Positions 29,648 through 39,118 of a stretch of 64,000 nt of DNA are shown piece after piece (within the stretch, counting starts at the first letter, position 1; each line of letters begins with the position of its first letter). Under the pieces are notes generated by a model. The model was not told the DNA's origin and did not search any database. It saw nothing but the letters and a program-made list of their open reading frames with translations. Origin of the DNA: Candidatus Omnitrophota bacterium (GTDB lineage: Bacteria; Omnitrophota; Gorgyraeia; JAFGIU01); NCBI GenBank assembly GCA_016929445.1, contig JAFGIU010000005.1, positions 12,899 to 76,898 on the forward strand, given 5' to 3'. The position numbers were made by a program, and so were the translations under genes.

Positions 29648-32600
29648 ATGTGTGAAAAACTGATCGCGTATTTTGCCGAACGGCATCTGCTGACCAATCT
29701 CATATTTCTCACGGTTCTTATCGGGGGCGTCTTTGCGTGGCAACAGACCAGCAAAGAAGAGATGCCCGCCATTACCTTCGACCATGTGCATGTATCCGTG
29801 CGTTATCCGGGAGCCCCTGCTGAGGATGTGGAGTATTTTGTCACGCGGCCCCTGGAAGAAGAGCTTCGGAATGTGGATGGGGTTTACCGTCTTACCAGCA
29901 CTTCCAGCGTGGGGCAGTCCAGCATTGATGTGGAGCTGGAAAGGGGAATCCCCAACATAGAGGAAGTCCTTACCGAAATCCGCAGCACGGTGCTCGATGT
30001 AAACCTGCCGGATGATATCATCGATGACCCCAATGTGCGGGTGTTCAAGACTGCGAAAAAGGCGATCTTGGACATCGCGCTCATTCACAAAGACGCCCGG
30101 CTGCTGGACCTCGAAACCCGCAAGCAACTCCAGGAGTACGCGCTGGCCCTGGAGACCCAACTTTTGAGCCTGCCTCAGGTCAGTGATATCAACCGCAGAG
30201 GCTACCTGCAGGAGGAAATCCAGATACGGGCCTATCCGGAACGCCTGGTCCGCTACGACATTCCCTTTAACACGGTTCTGAGGGAGATTCGGGAAAACCA
30301 CATCCGGCAGCCCGCAGGGTCCCTGGAGGCCCGGGAGGAACCCAAGGTTACGGTTCTTTCAGAGCTGGATAGTCCGGAGAAGTTTAGGGAATTCATCATC
30401 CAGGGCGGATTTGAGGGACAAGTAGTCCGGCTTGGGGAAGTCGCAGAAGTGGAATCCGGATTTGAAAAGAATGACTCCATTATCAAGGTGAATGGTCATG
30501 AGGCCGTGATCTTGAATGCGGTCAAAAGCACCTCCTCGGGAATCCTGGAGGCTCTGGATGTGGTCGAAGCGGTGGTTGGGAAGTTCCGCGTGCAGAATCT
30601 AAAAGATACGCCCATTGAATTGTTTCTTCTGGACGACGAATCCATTGATGTGCGCAACCGGCTTTCTCTCATCAGCCTGAATGGAGGGATCGGTTTCGTG
30701 CTCATTTTGGGAATGCTCTTTGTGTTTCTCAATAAGCGTTCCGGTCTTTGGGTGGCCATGGGTATTCCCTTCAGTCTTTGCGCGACCATGATCGGCGGCC
30801 ATCTGATGGGCTACACCATTAACGGGACCACGCTGGCTGCCGTCATTATTGTGCTGGGGATTGTGGTGGATGATGCCATTGTGGTGGCGGAAAACATCAA
30901 CCGGCTGCTGCGCCAAGGTGTTGCCGAGGCTAAAGCCGTTGTGGAAGGAACGTCTTTTGTTCTCTTGCCCATTGTCGCCAGCATTTTGACTACTTGCGTG
31001 GCCTTTATCCCTCTTTACTTTTTTGAAGGACGATTTGGGGCTTTTATCGAATTCATCCCTCCTGTGATTTTCTTGATGTTGGGGGCGAGTCTTTTTGAAT
31101 CGCTCTTTATTCTGCCCGCTCACATGCAGCTTCCCATGCCTCTTTTTCTCCGGCGATTCAGCGGATCAACCCGGAGGGAAGCCCCTGAGTCAAGAGAAAA
31201 GGTCCACTGGTTTGAGGGAATCGAAGATCTGTATGCAGCCTTTCTCAAGCGGGTGTTGCCGTACAGATTATTTGTCTTCCTGGGATTTGGGCTGCTTCTT
31301 GTTTTGGCGAGTGTGGTACTGACTCAAAAAATGAAGTATGAGATGTTTCCCAATGAGGAAACGCGCGATCTGGTTCTTACGGGGGAGACCCGGTCTCAGA
31401 TGACCCGGTATGAAACTGCGGAGAAAATTCAGGAAATAGAGGATGTGATTGCCCCATATTTAGGGAAGGAAGTCGTGGGGTTCCGGTCTGGAATTGCCCG
31501 GAGCCGGCGTGGAGGTTCAGCCGAAGAAAATAAATTCCGGATAACTATCGAGATCGTGCCCAAGGAGAAGCGTCGAAAGTCAGCCAATCAGCTGATTGCG
31601 GAGATCGAGCAGAAGGTTAAGGGGCTTGAGGGATACGGGAAGGTGGAGTTTCGGAAGAGCCGCTGGGGCCAGGAGTCCGGAAGTCCGATCGAGATTTTAG
31701 TCCAACAGAATAACGATGCTGTCCGCGCGCAGATCCTGGAAACCTTGGTGGAGGAGATGCAGAAGTACTCTGAATTACGCGATGTGGAAATCGACGAGGG
31801 TTTGATGATTCCGGAGTATCGAATTCGCCTGAATCGCGAAAAACTCAAGCGCTTGTCCATCAGTCCCTCCGATGTGGCATCCACCTTCAGGGCGGCTTTG
31901 GAAGGGAGTGTGCTCTACGAATTCTCCGATGGAGATGAGGAAGTCCGTGTCCGGCTGACTACGGTGGATGAGGCCAAGACGAGCATTGAGCAAGTCCTCA
32001 GGATCCCGGTGGAAAATCGCAGCAACTATCTGGTTCCTCTGGCAGATATCGTGACTGTGGAGCCCGTGATGTCGCCTAGTTCCATCGCGCGGCATGATTT
32101 AAAACGAACCTCGCGCATTTATGCCGGATTGAGTCCCGGCAGTCAGTGGACTCCTTTGGATGCGGCCGGAGTTCTTGAGAAGGAAGTCTTTCCGAAGATT
32201 CTTTCCAAATACCCAACCACGCTTTTGACCTTTGCCGGAGAGATTCAGGATACCCGGGAATCCCAGAGCGACTTTCGCAATGCGGTGATTCTGGCGCTTC
32301 TTCTGATCTACTTTATTTTGGCGATCCTCTTTGGATCCTTGATCAAACCCGTGATCATTATGCTGGTCATTCCTTTCGGCCTTGTGGGGATTATTTTAGC
32401 CTTCTATCTGCACGGCAAAATGTTGTTCGGTTTTTATGCGGCCGTGGGTGCTTTGGGATTAGCCGGAGTGGTTATCAACGATTCGATTATCATGATGGTC
32501 AAATTGGATAAGGACTTTGATCCCAAACAGTCCCCTGAAACTGTGAACCCTCAGATTGCCGAGATCGCCAAGACGCGTTTACGGGCCGTATTGCTGACCA

Positions 32601-32806
32601 CCATCACCACCGTAGTCGGTATGTTCCCCACGGCCTATGGTTTGGCCGGCTACGATGCCATGCTGGCCGAGATGATGTTGGCCCTGACCTGGGGCATGAT
32701 TTTTGGGACTCTAATCACCTTGCTGCTCATGCCTTGTGTGTATCGCGTGGGGCATGATTTCGGGCTTACGCAGTCCAAATCCCGGGAGGGGGTTCTGAGT
32801 GCTTAA
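29648..32806 (+). CDS. RND efflux permease (AcrB/AcrD/AcrF family)
   Basis: GIVVDDAIVVAENI, GVVINDSI, RLRAVLLTT; 1052 aa. Confidence 0.95.
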   Translation: MCEKLIAYFAERHLLTNLIFLTVLIGGVFAWQQTSKEEMPAITFDHVHVSVRYPGAPAEDVEYFVTRPLEEELRNVDGVYRLTSTSSVGQSSIDVELERGIPNIEEVLTEIRSTVLDVNLPDDIIDDPNVRVFKTAKKAILDIALIHKDARLLDLETRKQLQEYALALETQLLSLPQVSDINRRGYLQEEIQIRAYPERLVRYDIPFNTVLREIRENHIRQPAGSLEAREEPKVTVLSELDSPEKFREFIIQGGFEGQVVRLGEVAEVESGFEKNDSIIKVNGHEAVILNAVKSTSSGILEALDVVEAVVGKFRVQNLKDTPIELFLLDDESIDVRNRLSLISLNGGIGFVLILGMLFVFLNKRSGLWVAMGIPFSLCATMIGGHLMGYTINGTTLAAVIIVLGIVVDDAIVVAENINRLLRQGVAEAKAVVEGTSFVLLPIVASILTTCVAFIPLYFFEGRFGAFIEFIPPVIFLMLGASLFESLFILPAHMQLPMPLFLRRFSGSTRREAPESREKVHWFEGIEDLYAAFLKRVLPYRLFVFLGFGLLLVLASVVLTQKMKYEMFPNEETRDLVLTGETRSQMTRYETAEKIQEIEDVIAPYLGKEVVGFRSGIARSRRGGSAEENKFRITIEIVPKEKRRKSANQLIAEIEQKVKGLEGYGKVEFRKSRWGQESGSPIEILVQQNNDAVRAQILETLVEEMQKYSELRDVEIDEGLMIPEYRIRLNREKLKRLSISPSDVASTFRAALEGSVLYEFSDGDEEVRVRLTTVDEAKTSIEQVLRIPVENRSNYLVPLADIVTVEPVMSPSSIARHDLKRTSRIYAGLSPGSQWTPLDAAGVLEKEVFPKILSKYPTTLLTFAGEIQDTRESQSDFRNAVILALLLIYFILAILFGSLIKPVIIMLVIPFGLVGIILAFYLHGKMLFGFYAAVGALGLAGVVINDSIIMMVKLDKDFDPKQSPETVNPQIAEIAKTRLRAVLLTTITTVVGMFPTAYGLAGYDAMLAEMMLALTWGMIFGTLITLLLMPCVYRVGHDFGLTQSKSREGVLSA

Positions 32807-34223
32807 GCGCTGCCAATGGATCCCGATTCTGAGTCTTGGAATTCTCCTTCTATTGGGAACAAGTCAGGGACGTTCTCAAACCCGGGACACAGTCTCCCCA
32901 CAAAAACTCAGCCTGCAGCAATTCCTGACAAAGGCGACGCAGGAGGACACGGAATTCGAGCGTATCCTCATTGAGGAGCTCGCCCTCAAGTATCAAAAGG
33001 CCCTCCGGCTGCCGGCCCGGGATTTGGTGCTCTCCGTCAAAGGGCAGTACGCCTTTTACCTGAATCAAGGAAGGGAAGAGCCCGATGTGTCCATGGGCCT
33101 GAGCAAGCTTTTTCCGCATACAGGGACGGAGATCAGCGTGGATTATTCCGCGAGCCCCAGATTCACCAACACGGATAGCAGTTCGTCGGTTGGGCTGACC
33201 CTCTCTCAGCCGATTGCCGAAAACGCCTTTGGCAGGTCCACCCGGCTCCTGGATAAGATCGTGGGGCTTGAAGTCGAGGTGGCGCGCCACCAGATCGTGG
33301 AAGCCTATGAAGATTACATGGCCACGCTGATTGAGGCCTACCTGGTTTGGGATGAGGCCTATGAGAATGTCGAGATCGGGGAGTCTTCTTACCGCGAAAA
33401 TCTCAAGCTTTTGGACAATATCAAGGAGCGCCAAGGCAGCAGCATTGCCAAGGAAATCGACGTCAACAAGATCACGCTGCAGGTTATGGCGAAACGGGAA
33501 AAACTCTTGGAATTGCAAAACACTTACCGGCGCGCGGAAAATGTGATTTTGACTGCGATGCGCGCCCCGGATGACGCGGAATACGTTCCAAACTTGCCTG
33601 ATCCCTTTGCGGGCCCGGAGAATGATTTTATCCAGGACTATACGGAGTTCCGGAATCAGAGCCGGACCTACCAGGTGCTGGACTTGCTGGAGCAAAAAAG
33701 CGGTCTGGAAGTGGCTCGCGAAGCGGACGATTTGCTGCCCTCCATTAACCTCCTGCTGAGTTATGAACTGCAGGGAGAAGAATTCCAAGTCGTGCGGGAG
33801 GACAGCGTGCTATTCGCAGGCTTCAGTGTGGAGTGGCCGTTTCCGGACCAGGTGGACGGCGCAGAGCATGAGCTCAGCAAGATTGAGCGGCGGCGCACAG
33901 AACTCGACGTGGAAAATACGCATTTCCGGCTGTACACCCAGATCCGGAATCTGCGCTTGGAGATTGACCGCGAACGGGAACTGGCTGCGATCGCCAACGA
34001 AAAGATCGCGCTTTCCCGATCTGTCTTGGAGGATGAATCCGAGAACTACACCTACGGAAAGGTCACCCTCAACGACTATATCCAAGCCGTCAATGGTCTG
34101 GACACCAACCGCTTTAATCTTGTGCTGCACCAGGTGCGCTTGCAAGAGCTCATTTTGGAATGGCAGCGCTTGACCGACCGTCTGGTTTCTCCCGAACAGA
34201 TCCAGGAAAAGCATTCCCAATAG
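32799..34223 (+). CDS. TolC family outer-membrane efflux protein
   Basis: Signal peptide, duplicated OEP-like helical repeats (LLPSINL, Y.YGK.T); follows the RND gene. Confidence 0.85.
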   Translation: MLKRCQWIPILSLGILLLLGTSQGRSQTRDTVSPQKLSLQQFLTKATQEDTEFERILIEELALKYQKALRLPARDLVLSVKGQYAFYLNQGREEPDVSMGLSKLFPHTGTEISVDYSASPRFTNTDSSSSVGLTLSQPIAENAFGRSTRLLDKIVGLEVEVARHQIVEAYEDYMATLIEAYLVWDEAYENVEIGESSYRENLKLLDNIKERQGSSIAKEIDVNKITLQVMAKREKLLELQNTYRRAENVILTAMRAPDDAEYVPNLPDPFAGPENDFIQDYTEFRNQSRTYQVLDLLEQKSGLEVAREADDLLPSINLLLSYELQGEEFQVVREDSVLFAGFSVEWPFPDQVDGAEHELSKIERRRTELDVENTHFRLYTQIRNLRLEIDRERELAAIANEKIALSRSVLEDESENYTYGKVTLNDYIQAVNGLDTNRFNLVLHQVRLQELILEWQRLTDRLVSPEQIQEKHSQ

Positions 34224-34228
34224 AAGTT

Positions 34229-34261
34229 TTGACAGACATTGAATCAAGGGGTAGTCTGTCA
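34229..34261 (+). promoter_or_regulatory. Sigma70 promoter of mdh with overlapping inverted repeat
   Basis: TTGACA-N17-TAGTCT; TGACAGAC-N16-GTCTGTCA. Confidence 0.55.
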
Positions 34262-34305
34262 GATCCGGACCAACCCAATTTGAGATTTCAACAGGAGATT
34301 GATCC

Positions 34306-35304
34306 ATGGCCTATCTGACACAAGACAAGCTCGTGATTGCCGGTGCGGCCGGCATGATTGGTTCCAATATGATGCAATCCGTTCTCACCCAGCGACTGAC
34401 GCCCAATGTCTGCGGGTATGATCCCTTTGCCAAAGGGCTCGAGGGAGCGGCGGAGGAGATGTATCATTGCGGGTTTGAAGGGGCCAATCTCACCTGGACC
34501 ACAGACATCGCGAAGGCTTTTAAGGGAGCCAAGTACATCATTTCTTCCGGGGGCGCGCCCCGCAAGGAGGGCATGACCCGCGAGGACCTCCTCAAGGGAA
34601 ACGCCGAGATCGCCGCCCAGCTGGGCAAGGACATTAAGCAGTACTGTCCGGATCTCAAAATCCTCAACATTATCTTTAACCCGGCGGATGTTACGGGCTT
34701 GATTGCTTTGGTGCACTCGGGCCTGGAACCCAAGCGGGTTATGACCCTTGCCGGCCTGGACAGCACGCGTTTGCAGACAGCCTTGAGCCAGCACTTTGGT
34801 GTTCCCCAGGACGATGTCACGGGTTGCCGCACCTATGGCGGCCATGGCGAAATGATGGCCGTTTTTTCCTCTACCGTGAAGGTTCAGGGCAAGGCCTTGG
34901 ACGATTTGATCGGGACCGATGCCCTCCCTGAGGAAAAGTGGGCGGAGATCCGCCAGCATGTGATTCAGGGAGGCAAGCGCGTGATCCAGCTCCGGGGCCG
35001 GTCCTCCTTCCAGAGTCCCAGCCATCAGGCTGTTGCGATGGTGGCCGCGGCCATGGGCGGAAAAGCCTATCCTTGGCCCTGCGGCGGGTACATCAATTCA
35101 GACGGATTCGGGCACACCTTGATGGCTTTGGAGAGCAAAATCACCCAGAACGGGGTGAAATACTCACTGCCCAAGGGCACGGCAGCGGAGATGGCCGCTT
35201 TGAAGGAATCTTACAAGCACCTGGCCAAACTGCGTGACGAAGTCATTGAGATGGGGATCTTGCCTCCCACATCCGAGTGGTCCGAGGTCAATCCGAATCT
35301 CTAG
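34306..35304 (+). CDS. mdh: Malate dehydrogenase (LDH/MDH family)
   Basis: GAAGMIG, PRKEGMTREDLLKGN, NPAD, LDSTR, GGHG. Confidence 0.9.
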   Translation: MAYLTQDKLVIAGAAGMIGSNMMQSVLTQRLTPNVCGYDPFAKGLEGAAEEMYHCGFEGANLTWTTDIAKAFKGAKYIISSGGAPRKEGMTREDLLKGNAEIAAQLGKDIKQYCPDLKILNIIFNPADVTGLIALVHSGLEPKRVMTLAGLDSTRLQTALSQHFGVPQDDVTGCRTYGGHGEMMAVFSSTVKVQGKALDDLIGTDALPEEKWAEIRQHVIQGGKRVIQLRGRSSFQSPSHQAVAMVAAAMGGKAYPWPCGGYINSDGFGHTLMALESKITQNGVKYSLPKGTAAEMAALKESYKHLAKLRDEVIEMGILPPTSEWSEVNPNL

Positions 35305-35322
35305 GATTTAATACAGGCACAG

Positions 35323-36756
35323 ATGAACTCCTCCAAACCGGCCCAGGGCGGGATGCGTGAGGTCATCGGCGTTGCTCTCCCGATGATGGTTTCCCACGCC
35401 TGCGATACGGTCATGACTTTCACGGACCGCATGTTTTTGTCCCGCCTGGGTCCGGATCTGATGAACGCCTCGATGGCCGGCGGCCTCAGTGCTTATATGA
35501 TGATGGCCTTTTTCCTCGGCCTCACAGGCTATGCAACGGCCGTGATCGCGCAGAATCTGGGCGCGGGCCGCAAAGATCGCTGCTCCATTACGCTGAGCCA
35601 GGCAGTCCTCATTGCCTGCGTCGCCTATCCCATCCTCTTGCTTTGCAGACCTTTGATGCACAGCCTTTTTGAGGCCACGGGGATCGGAGCTGCGCAGCTT
35701 GCGCCGCAAAAGCTCTACTTCAATATCCTGCTTAGCGCCGTGATTCTGAGTCTGTTGCGTCAATGCCTGAGCAGTTTCTTCTCGGGTATCGGCCGGACGC
35801 GGATTGTGATGCTGGCTTCCCTGGTGACCCTGCTCGTCAATGTGGGGGTCAATTACCTTCTTATTTTTGGAAAGCTGGGCTTCCCTGCCTTGGGTATTCA
35901 GGGAGCGGCTTATGGCACGATTACAGGCACGGTCTGCGGCTTGGCCATTCTCCTGAGCTCTTATTTGAGCGCGGCCAACCGCCGGGAATTTGGAATTGAC
36001 CGTTCTCTGCGTTTTGACTCCCAGGTGATGCGCACCTTGTTGCGCTTTGGGTACCCGGCCGGGGTGGAGATGTTTCTGAACCTCCTGGCCTTTACCCTGA
36101 TCGTCTTACTTTTTCATAGTGCGGGGGAGGTCTCGGCCACTGCTGCGACGCTCATGTTCAATTGGGATATGGTTTCCTTTGTGCCGCTCATTGGCGTGGA
36201 GATCGGAGTGACGAGCTTGGTGGGCCGTTACATGGGCGCGCGCGATCCGGAAACAGCCCACCGGGCCACCATGTCGGGGCTAAAGGTGGGCTGGATGTAC
36301 TCCCTGGTAATTCTCCTGTTCTTTGTGTGCTTTCCGGGCCTGCTCGTGGACTTGTTCCACACAAGCGATGCAGGAGGGGTGTTTGCCCGGGCCCGGCCCA
36401 CGGCAGTGTTCATGGTGCGCACAGCCTCTCTCTATGTCATGGTCGAGGCGGTATTGGTGGTGTTTATCGGAGCCCTGCGCGGAGCCGGGGACACTTTCTG
36501 GACCATGTGCTATTCCGTTACTTTGCACTGGATCCTCGCCCCGGTCGTGTTTGTGATGCTCAAAGTGGTGGGGGCCAGCCCCGAAGCCGCCTGGGTGGCC
36601 CTGGTCCTCAGCTTCTTGCTGCTGACAATTCCGCTGATTTTGCGCTATCTCGGCGGCTCCTGGAAAACAATCCGGATGCTGCCCGGCGAAACCGAAGCCG
36701 TGGCCGCTACTGCTGCTATCATCCCAGACACCTTCCACGAACCCCCCGACCTTTAG
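35323..36756 (+). CDS. MATE family efflux transporter
   Basis: ALPMM, FTDRMF, LIFGKLGFPALGIQGAA, LRGAGDT. Confidence 0.93.
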   Translation: MNSSKPAQGGMREVIGVALPMMVSHACDTVMTFTDRMFLSRLGPDLMNASMAGGLSAYMMMAFFLGLTGYATAVIAQNLGAGRKDRCSITLSQAVLIACVAYPILLLCRPLMHSLFEATGIGAAQLAPQKLYFNILLSAVILSLLRQCLSSFFSGIGRTRIVMLASLVTLLVNVGVNYLLIFGKLGFPALGIQGAAYGTITGTVCGLAILLSSYLSAANRREFGIDRSLRFDSQVMRTLLRFGYPAGVEMFLNLLAFTLIVLLFHSAGEVSATAATLMFNWDMVSFVPLIGVEIGVTSLVGRYMGARDPETAHRATMSGLKVGWMYSLVILLFFVCFPGLLVDLFHTSDAGGVFARARPTAVFMVRTASLYVMVEAVLVVFIGALRGAGDTFWTMCYSVTLHWILAPVVFVMLKVVGASPEAAWVALVLSFLLLTIPLILRYLGGSWKTIRMLPGETEAVAATAAIIPDTFHEPPDL

Positions 36757-36810
36757 GGACAGGTCTCGCTTACCCCTGTGACCATAACGAGTTGGGCGAG
36801 AACCGTCCCC
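36755..36810 (+). repeat. 56-bp REP-like palindrome, copy 3
   Basis: AGGGACAGGTCTCG...GAGAACCGTCCCC; overlaps the MATE stop codon. Confidence 0.85.
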
Positions 36811-36871
36811 CTCCGACCTGCTTTGAACCCACTGTCTTGAGGACAGCATTCGTTATGATTGATCTGGGCAA

Positions 36872-36927
36872 GGGGACGACCCTTTCGCAATTCGTTGTCT
36901 CGTATGGGGATAGCGAGAACCGTCCCT
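36872..36927 (-). repeat. 56-bp REP-like palindrome, copy 4
   Basis: GGGGACGACC...GCGAGAACCGTCCCT; overlaps the MipA stop codon. Confidence 0.8.
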
Positions 36928-37696
36928 AAAAGGTGTAGGTAAGGAAAGACCCGCCCGTGAACTGGTTTTCTTTTGCGACTACAGGACTGTCTGCCGCATC
37001 CCCCACCAGGCGTGAGTAGCTCACAAAGCCCACCACAGACCAGTGATTATCCAGGCGGTGCAGCACCCGCAGTGAAGCGCCGACATCTTTAATGCCCGAT
37101 TCCACATCGTAGAAGGCCAGAGAAGAACGCACAGCTTGCAGGTGATCCACGCCAAAATAACTTTCCATGTAGTTTTCACTGGCAAAAGTGGCATTTAAGG
37201 AAGGCATCAAGAAGGTTGAGTGATCGGGGAGCGCGAACTTAGATCCCAAGCTTCCGCCGAGGGTGAAGCCTCCATGCCCATCGGCGATGTCTTGGGCAAA
37301 GTCCAATCCAAATGTCAGGGGATCCAGCTTGTATTCTGCAAAGAGCCCCAGTTCTACGGTCTCGCCCACATCTCCCATTCCCTGTAAGAGAGCATCGTCT
37401 TCTTCGTCCCGGCCAAAGTCGAAACCCAAGGCAGTCCCTACAGTAAGTTCTTCATTTTTGTAGAGATCCAAGCCGATTCCCCGCCAGGGATTCAAGAAAA
37501 AGCGGTCCTTATACTTGAGATCGATGTAAGGTAGCGGCCAGCCTTCATAACTGTCGCTGCCCTCGTATTCAGGGCGAATTATTCCGCCCAAGCCCAGCGT
37601 GACCTTCCAGTTCGAATCCGGGGAGGTTTCGTAAGCAAGCGCCGGTGCGTTAGAAGCCAAAAAAAGTACAGTGATCAAGCAGAGTATCTTTTTCAC
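36926..37696 (-). CDS. MipA/OmpV family outer-membrane protein
   Basis: Signal peptide, PEYEGSD, YMESYFGV, L.GDAADSP.V, terminal YTF. Confidence 0.9.
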   Translation of the reverse strand: MKKILCLITVLFLASNAPALAYETSPDSNWKVTLGLGGIIRPEYEGSDSYEGWPLPYIDLKYKDRFFLNPWRGIGLDLYKNEELTVGTALGFDFGRDEEDDALLQGMGDVGETVELGLFAEYKLDPLTFGLDFAQDIADGHGGFTLGGSLGSKFALPDHSTFLMPSLNATFASENYMESYFGVDHLQAVRSSLAFYDVESGIKDVGASLRVLHRLDNHWSVVGFVSYSRLVGDAADSPVVAKENQFTGGSFLTYTF

Positions 37697-38015
37697 AGTG
37701 GATGCCCTCCAAAGCAATAAAGGAGAATAGCAGATTTGTTTTCAGCCGTCTACTTTGTAAGTTAATTAGAATTAGGCGATTAGGTGCCGGCGCCCCCCTA
37801 CCCAGGACATCTTAGGGCGGCCGCATTTCGACCAGCCTCTTTTAGATGCAATAGCCGAATCTCTGCCGTTTATTGTAGACTGACTCCTGTTGCTTGCGAG
37901 GGGCATCGAAACCAAGGAGCGTTCAATGTCTCGCTGTTCATCAAGAGTTATCCGGATCCAAACCGTGAGACCTTAGCTCAATCAATGGATGTGCCGTGAG
38001 TTACCGAGGATAGAG

Positions 38016-38417
38016 ATGAAAATTGACGATATTTCAGTTCAAGTGGGCGAAAGTTCCGTGCCGCTGAGGTCTTTGGTGCGCCAATTGGTGAAAGAGTGTG
38101 CCGGAGAGATTCTGGATGAGCAGCGTGCATCCGAGATGATTGAAGGTCTCGGAAACAAATGGCAGGGCGGCACGTTAATACTTAAGCCTGAAAATGTTGA
38201 ACAGCAAGCAAAAGAAGTGCCTATTGAAACCTTCTTTCACAAAATCGTGATGGTCCGGAACAATCTCCGGGTGCTTGAGCAAAAGATCAATTCGAATGAC
38301 AAGCTTGCCGATGCTGAAAAGGTCGAGCTTCAGCAGTACATCACGCGCAGTTACGGTTCCTTGACCACGTTCAATGTGCTCTTCAAGAGCAAGGCGGATC
38401 ACTTTAAGAGCTCCTAG
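38016..38417 (+). CDS. Conserved hypothetical protein
   Basis: KWQGGTLILKP...KEVPIETFFHKIVMVR...LQQYITRSYGSLTTFNVLF resembles a conserved DUF-type family; function unknown. Confidence 0.7.
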   Translation: MKIDDISVQVGESSVPLRSLVRQLVKECAGEILDEQRASEMIEGLGNKWQGGTLILKPENVEQQAKEVPIETFFHKIVMVRNNLRVLEQKINSNDKLADAEKVELQQYITRSYGSLTTFNVLFKSKADHFKSS

Positions 38418-38536
38418 GAAAGCGAGAAGGCGGGAGGATCCTGAGAAGGGCAAGATGGGCCCTCTTGACTCACTGGGTCTTCTCGTGTCGAATAGTAAAT
38501 CGTTTGGTTCACAAACCGGAAACGAGGAGGTTTGAT

Positions 38537-39022
38537 ATGGCAGTACAGGCAGGGATCCCCATGGATATTGGGATTGAAGAAAAGGGCAGGCAGGAGATTG
38601 CCCAAGGTTTATCGCGTTTACTGGCAGACAGTTATACGCTTTACATCAAGACCCACAACTTCCACTGGAATGTGACGGGTCCGATGTTCCAGGCCTTGCA
38701 TTCCATGTTTGAGGTTCAGTATACAGAGTTGGCCACCGCAGTCGATGAGATTGCCGAGCGCATTCGGGCCCTGGGTGTGATTGCGCCGGGCTCCTATGCG
38801 GAATTCTCCAAGCTTGCGAGCGTCAAAGAAAGTTCCGGTGATTTGAGTGCCGCGGAGATGCTGCGCTCTTTGGTGGAAAGTCAGGAAGCGGTGATCCGGA
38901 CCGCTAGGTCTGTGTTCCCTGCGGCCGAAAAAGCGAATGATCAATCCACCGCAGATCTGCTGACACGGCGTTTGGAGATCCATGAAAAAACCGCATGGAT
39001 GCTGCGGAGCATGTTGGAATAA
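38537..39022 (+). CDS. dps: Dps family DNA-protection/ferroxidase protein
   Basis: KTHNFHWNVTGP.F..LH, DEIAERIRALG, HEKTAWML. Confidence 0.95.
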   Translation: MAVQAGIPMDIGIEEKGRQEIAQGLSRLLADSYTLYIKTHNFHWNVTGPMFQALHSMFEVQYTELATAVDEIAERIRALGVIAPGSYAEFSKLASVKESSGDLSAAEMLRSLVESQEAVIRTARSVFPAAEKANDQSTADLLTRRLEIHEKTAWMLRSMLE

Positions 39023-39059
39023 AGCCGGCCAAGATCGGAAAGGGAATACCTTTCAGCAG

Positions 39060-39095
39060 CCCACCTCAGCCTGTAAACTGGGGTGGGTTTGCTTT
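39060..39095 (+). terminator. Putative intrinsic terminator after dps
   Basis: CCCACCTCAG...CTGGGGTGGG followed by TTTGCTTT. Confidence 0.45.
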
Positions 39096-39118
39096 GAAAT
39101 AGGAGCGATAACCTGAAA

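Noticed and set aside
29537-33788. Long antisense ORFs (29537-30301, 32850-33788)
   Set aside because: Shadows of the RND and TolC genes, with no motifs or RBS.
37935-38000. SAM-I-like TCATCAAGAG
   Set aside because: The following GAGGGA/GGCCC/GCAACC elements are absent.
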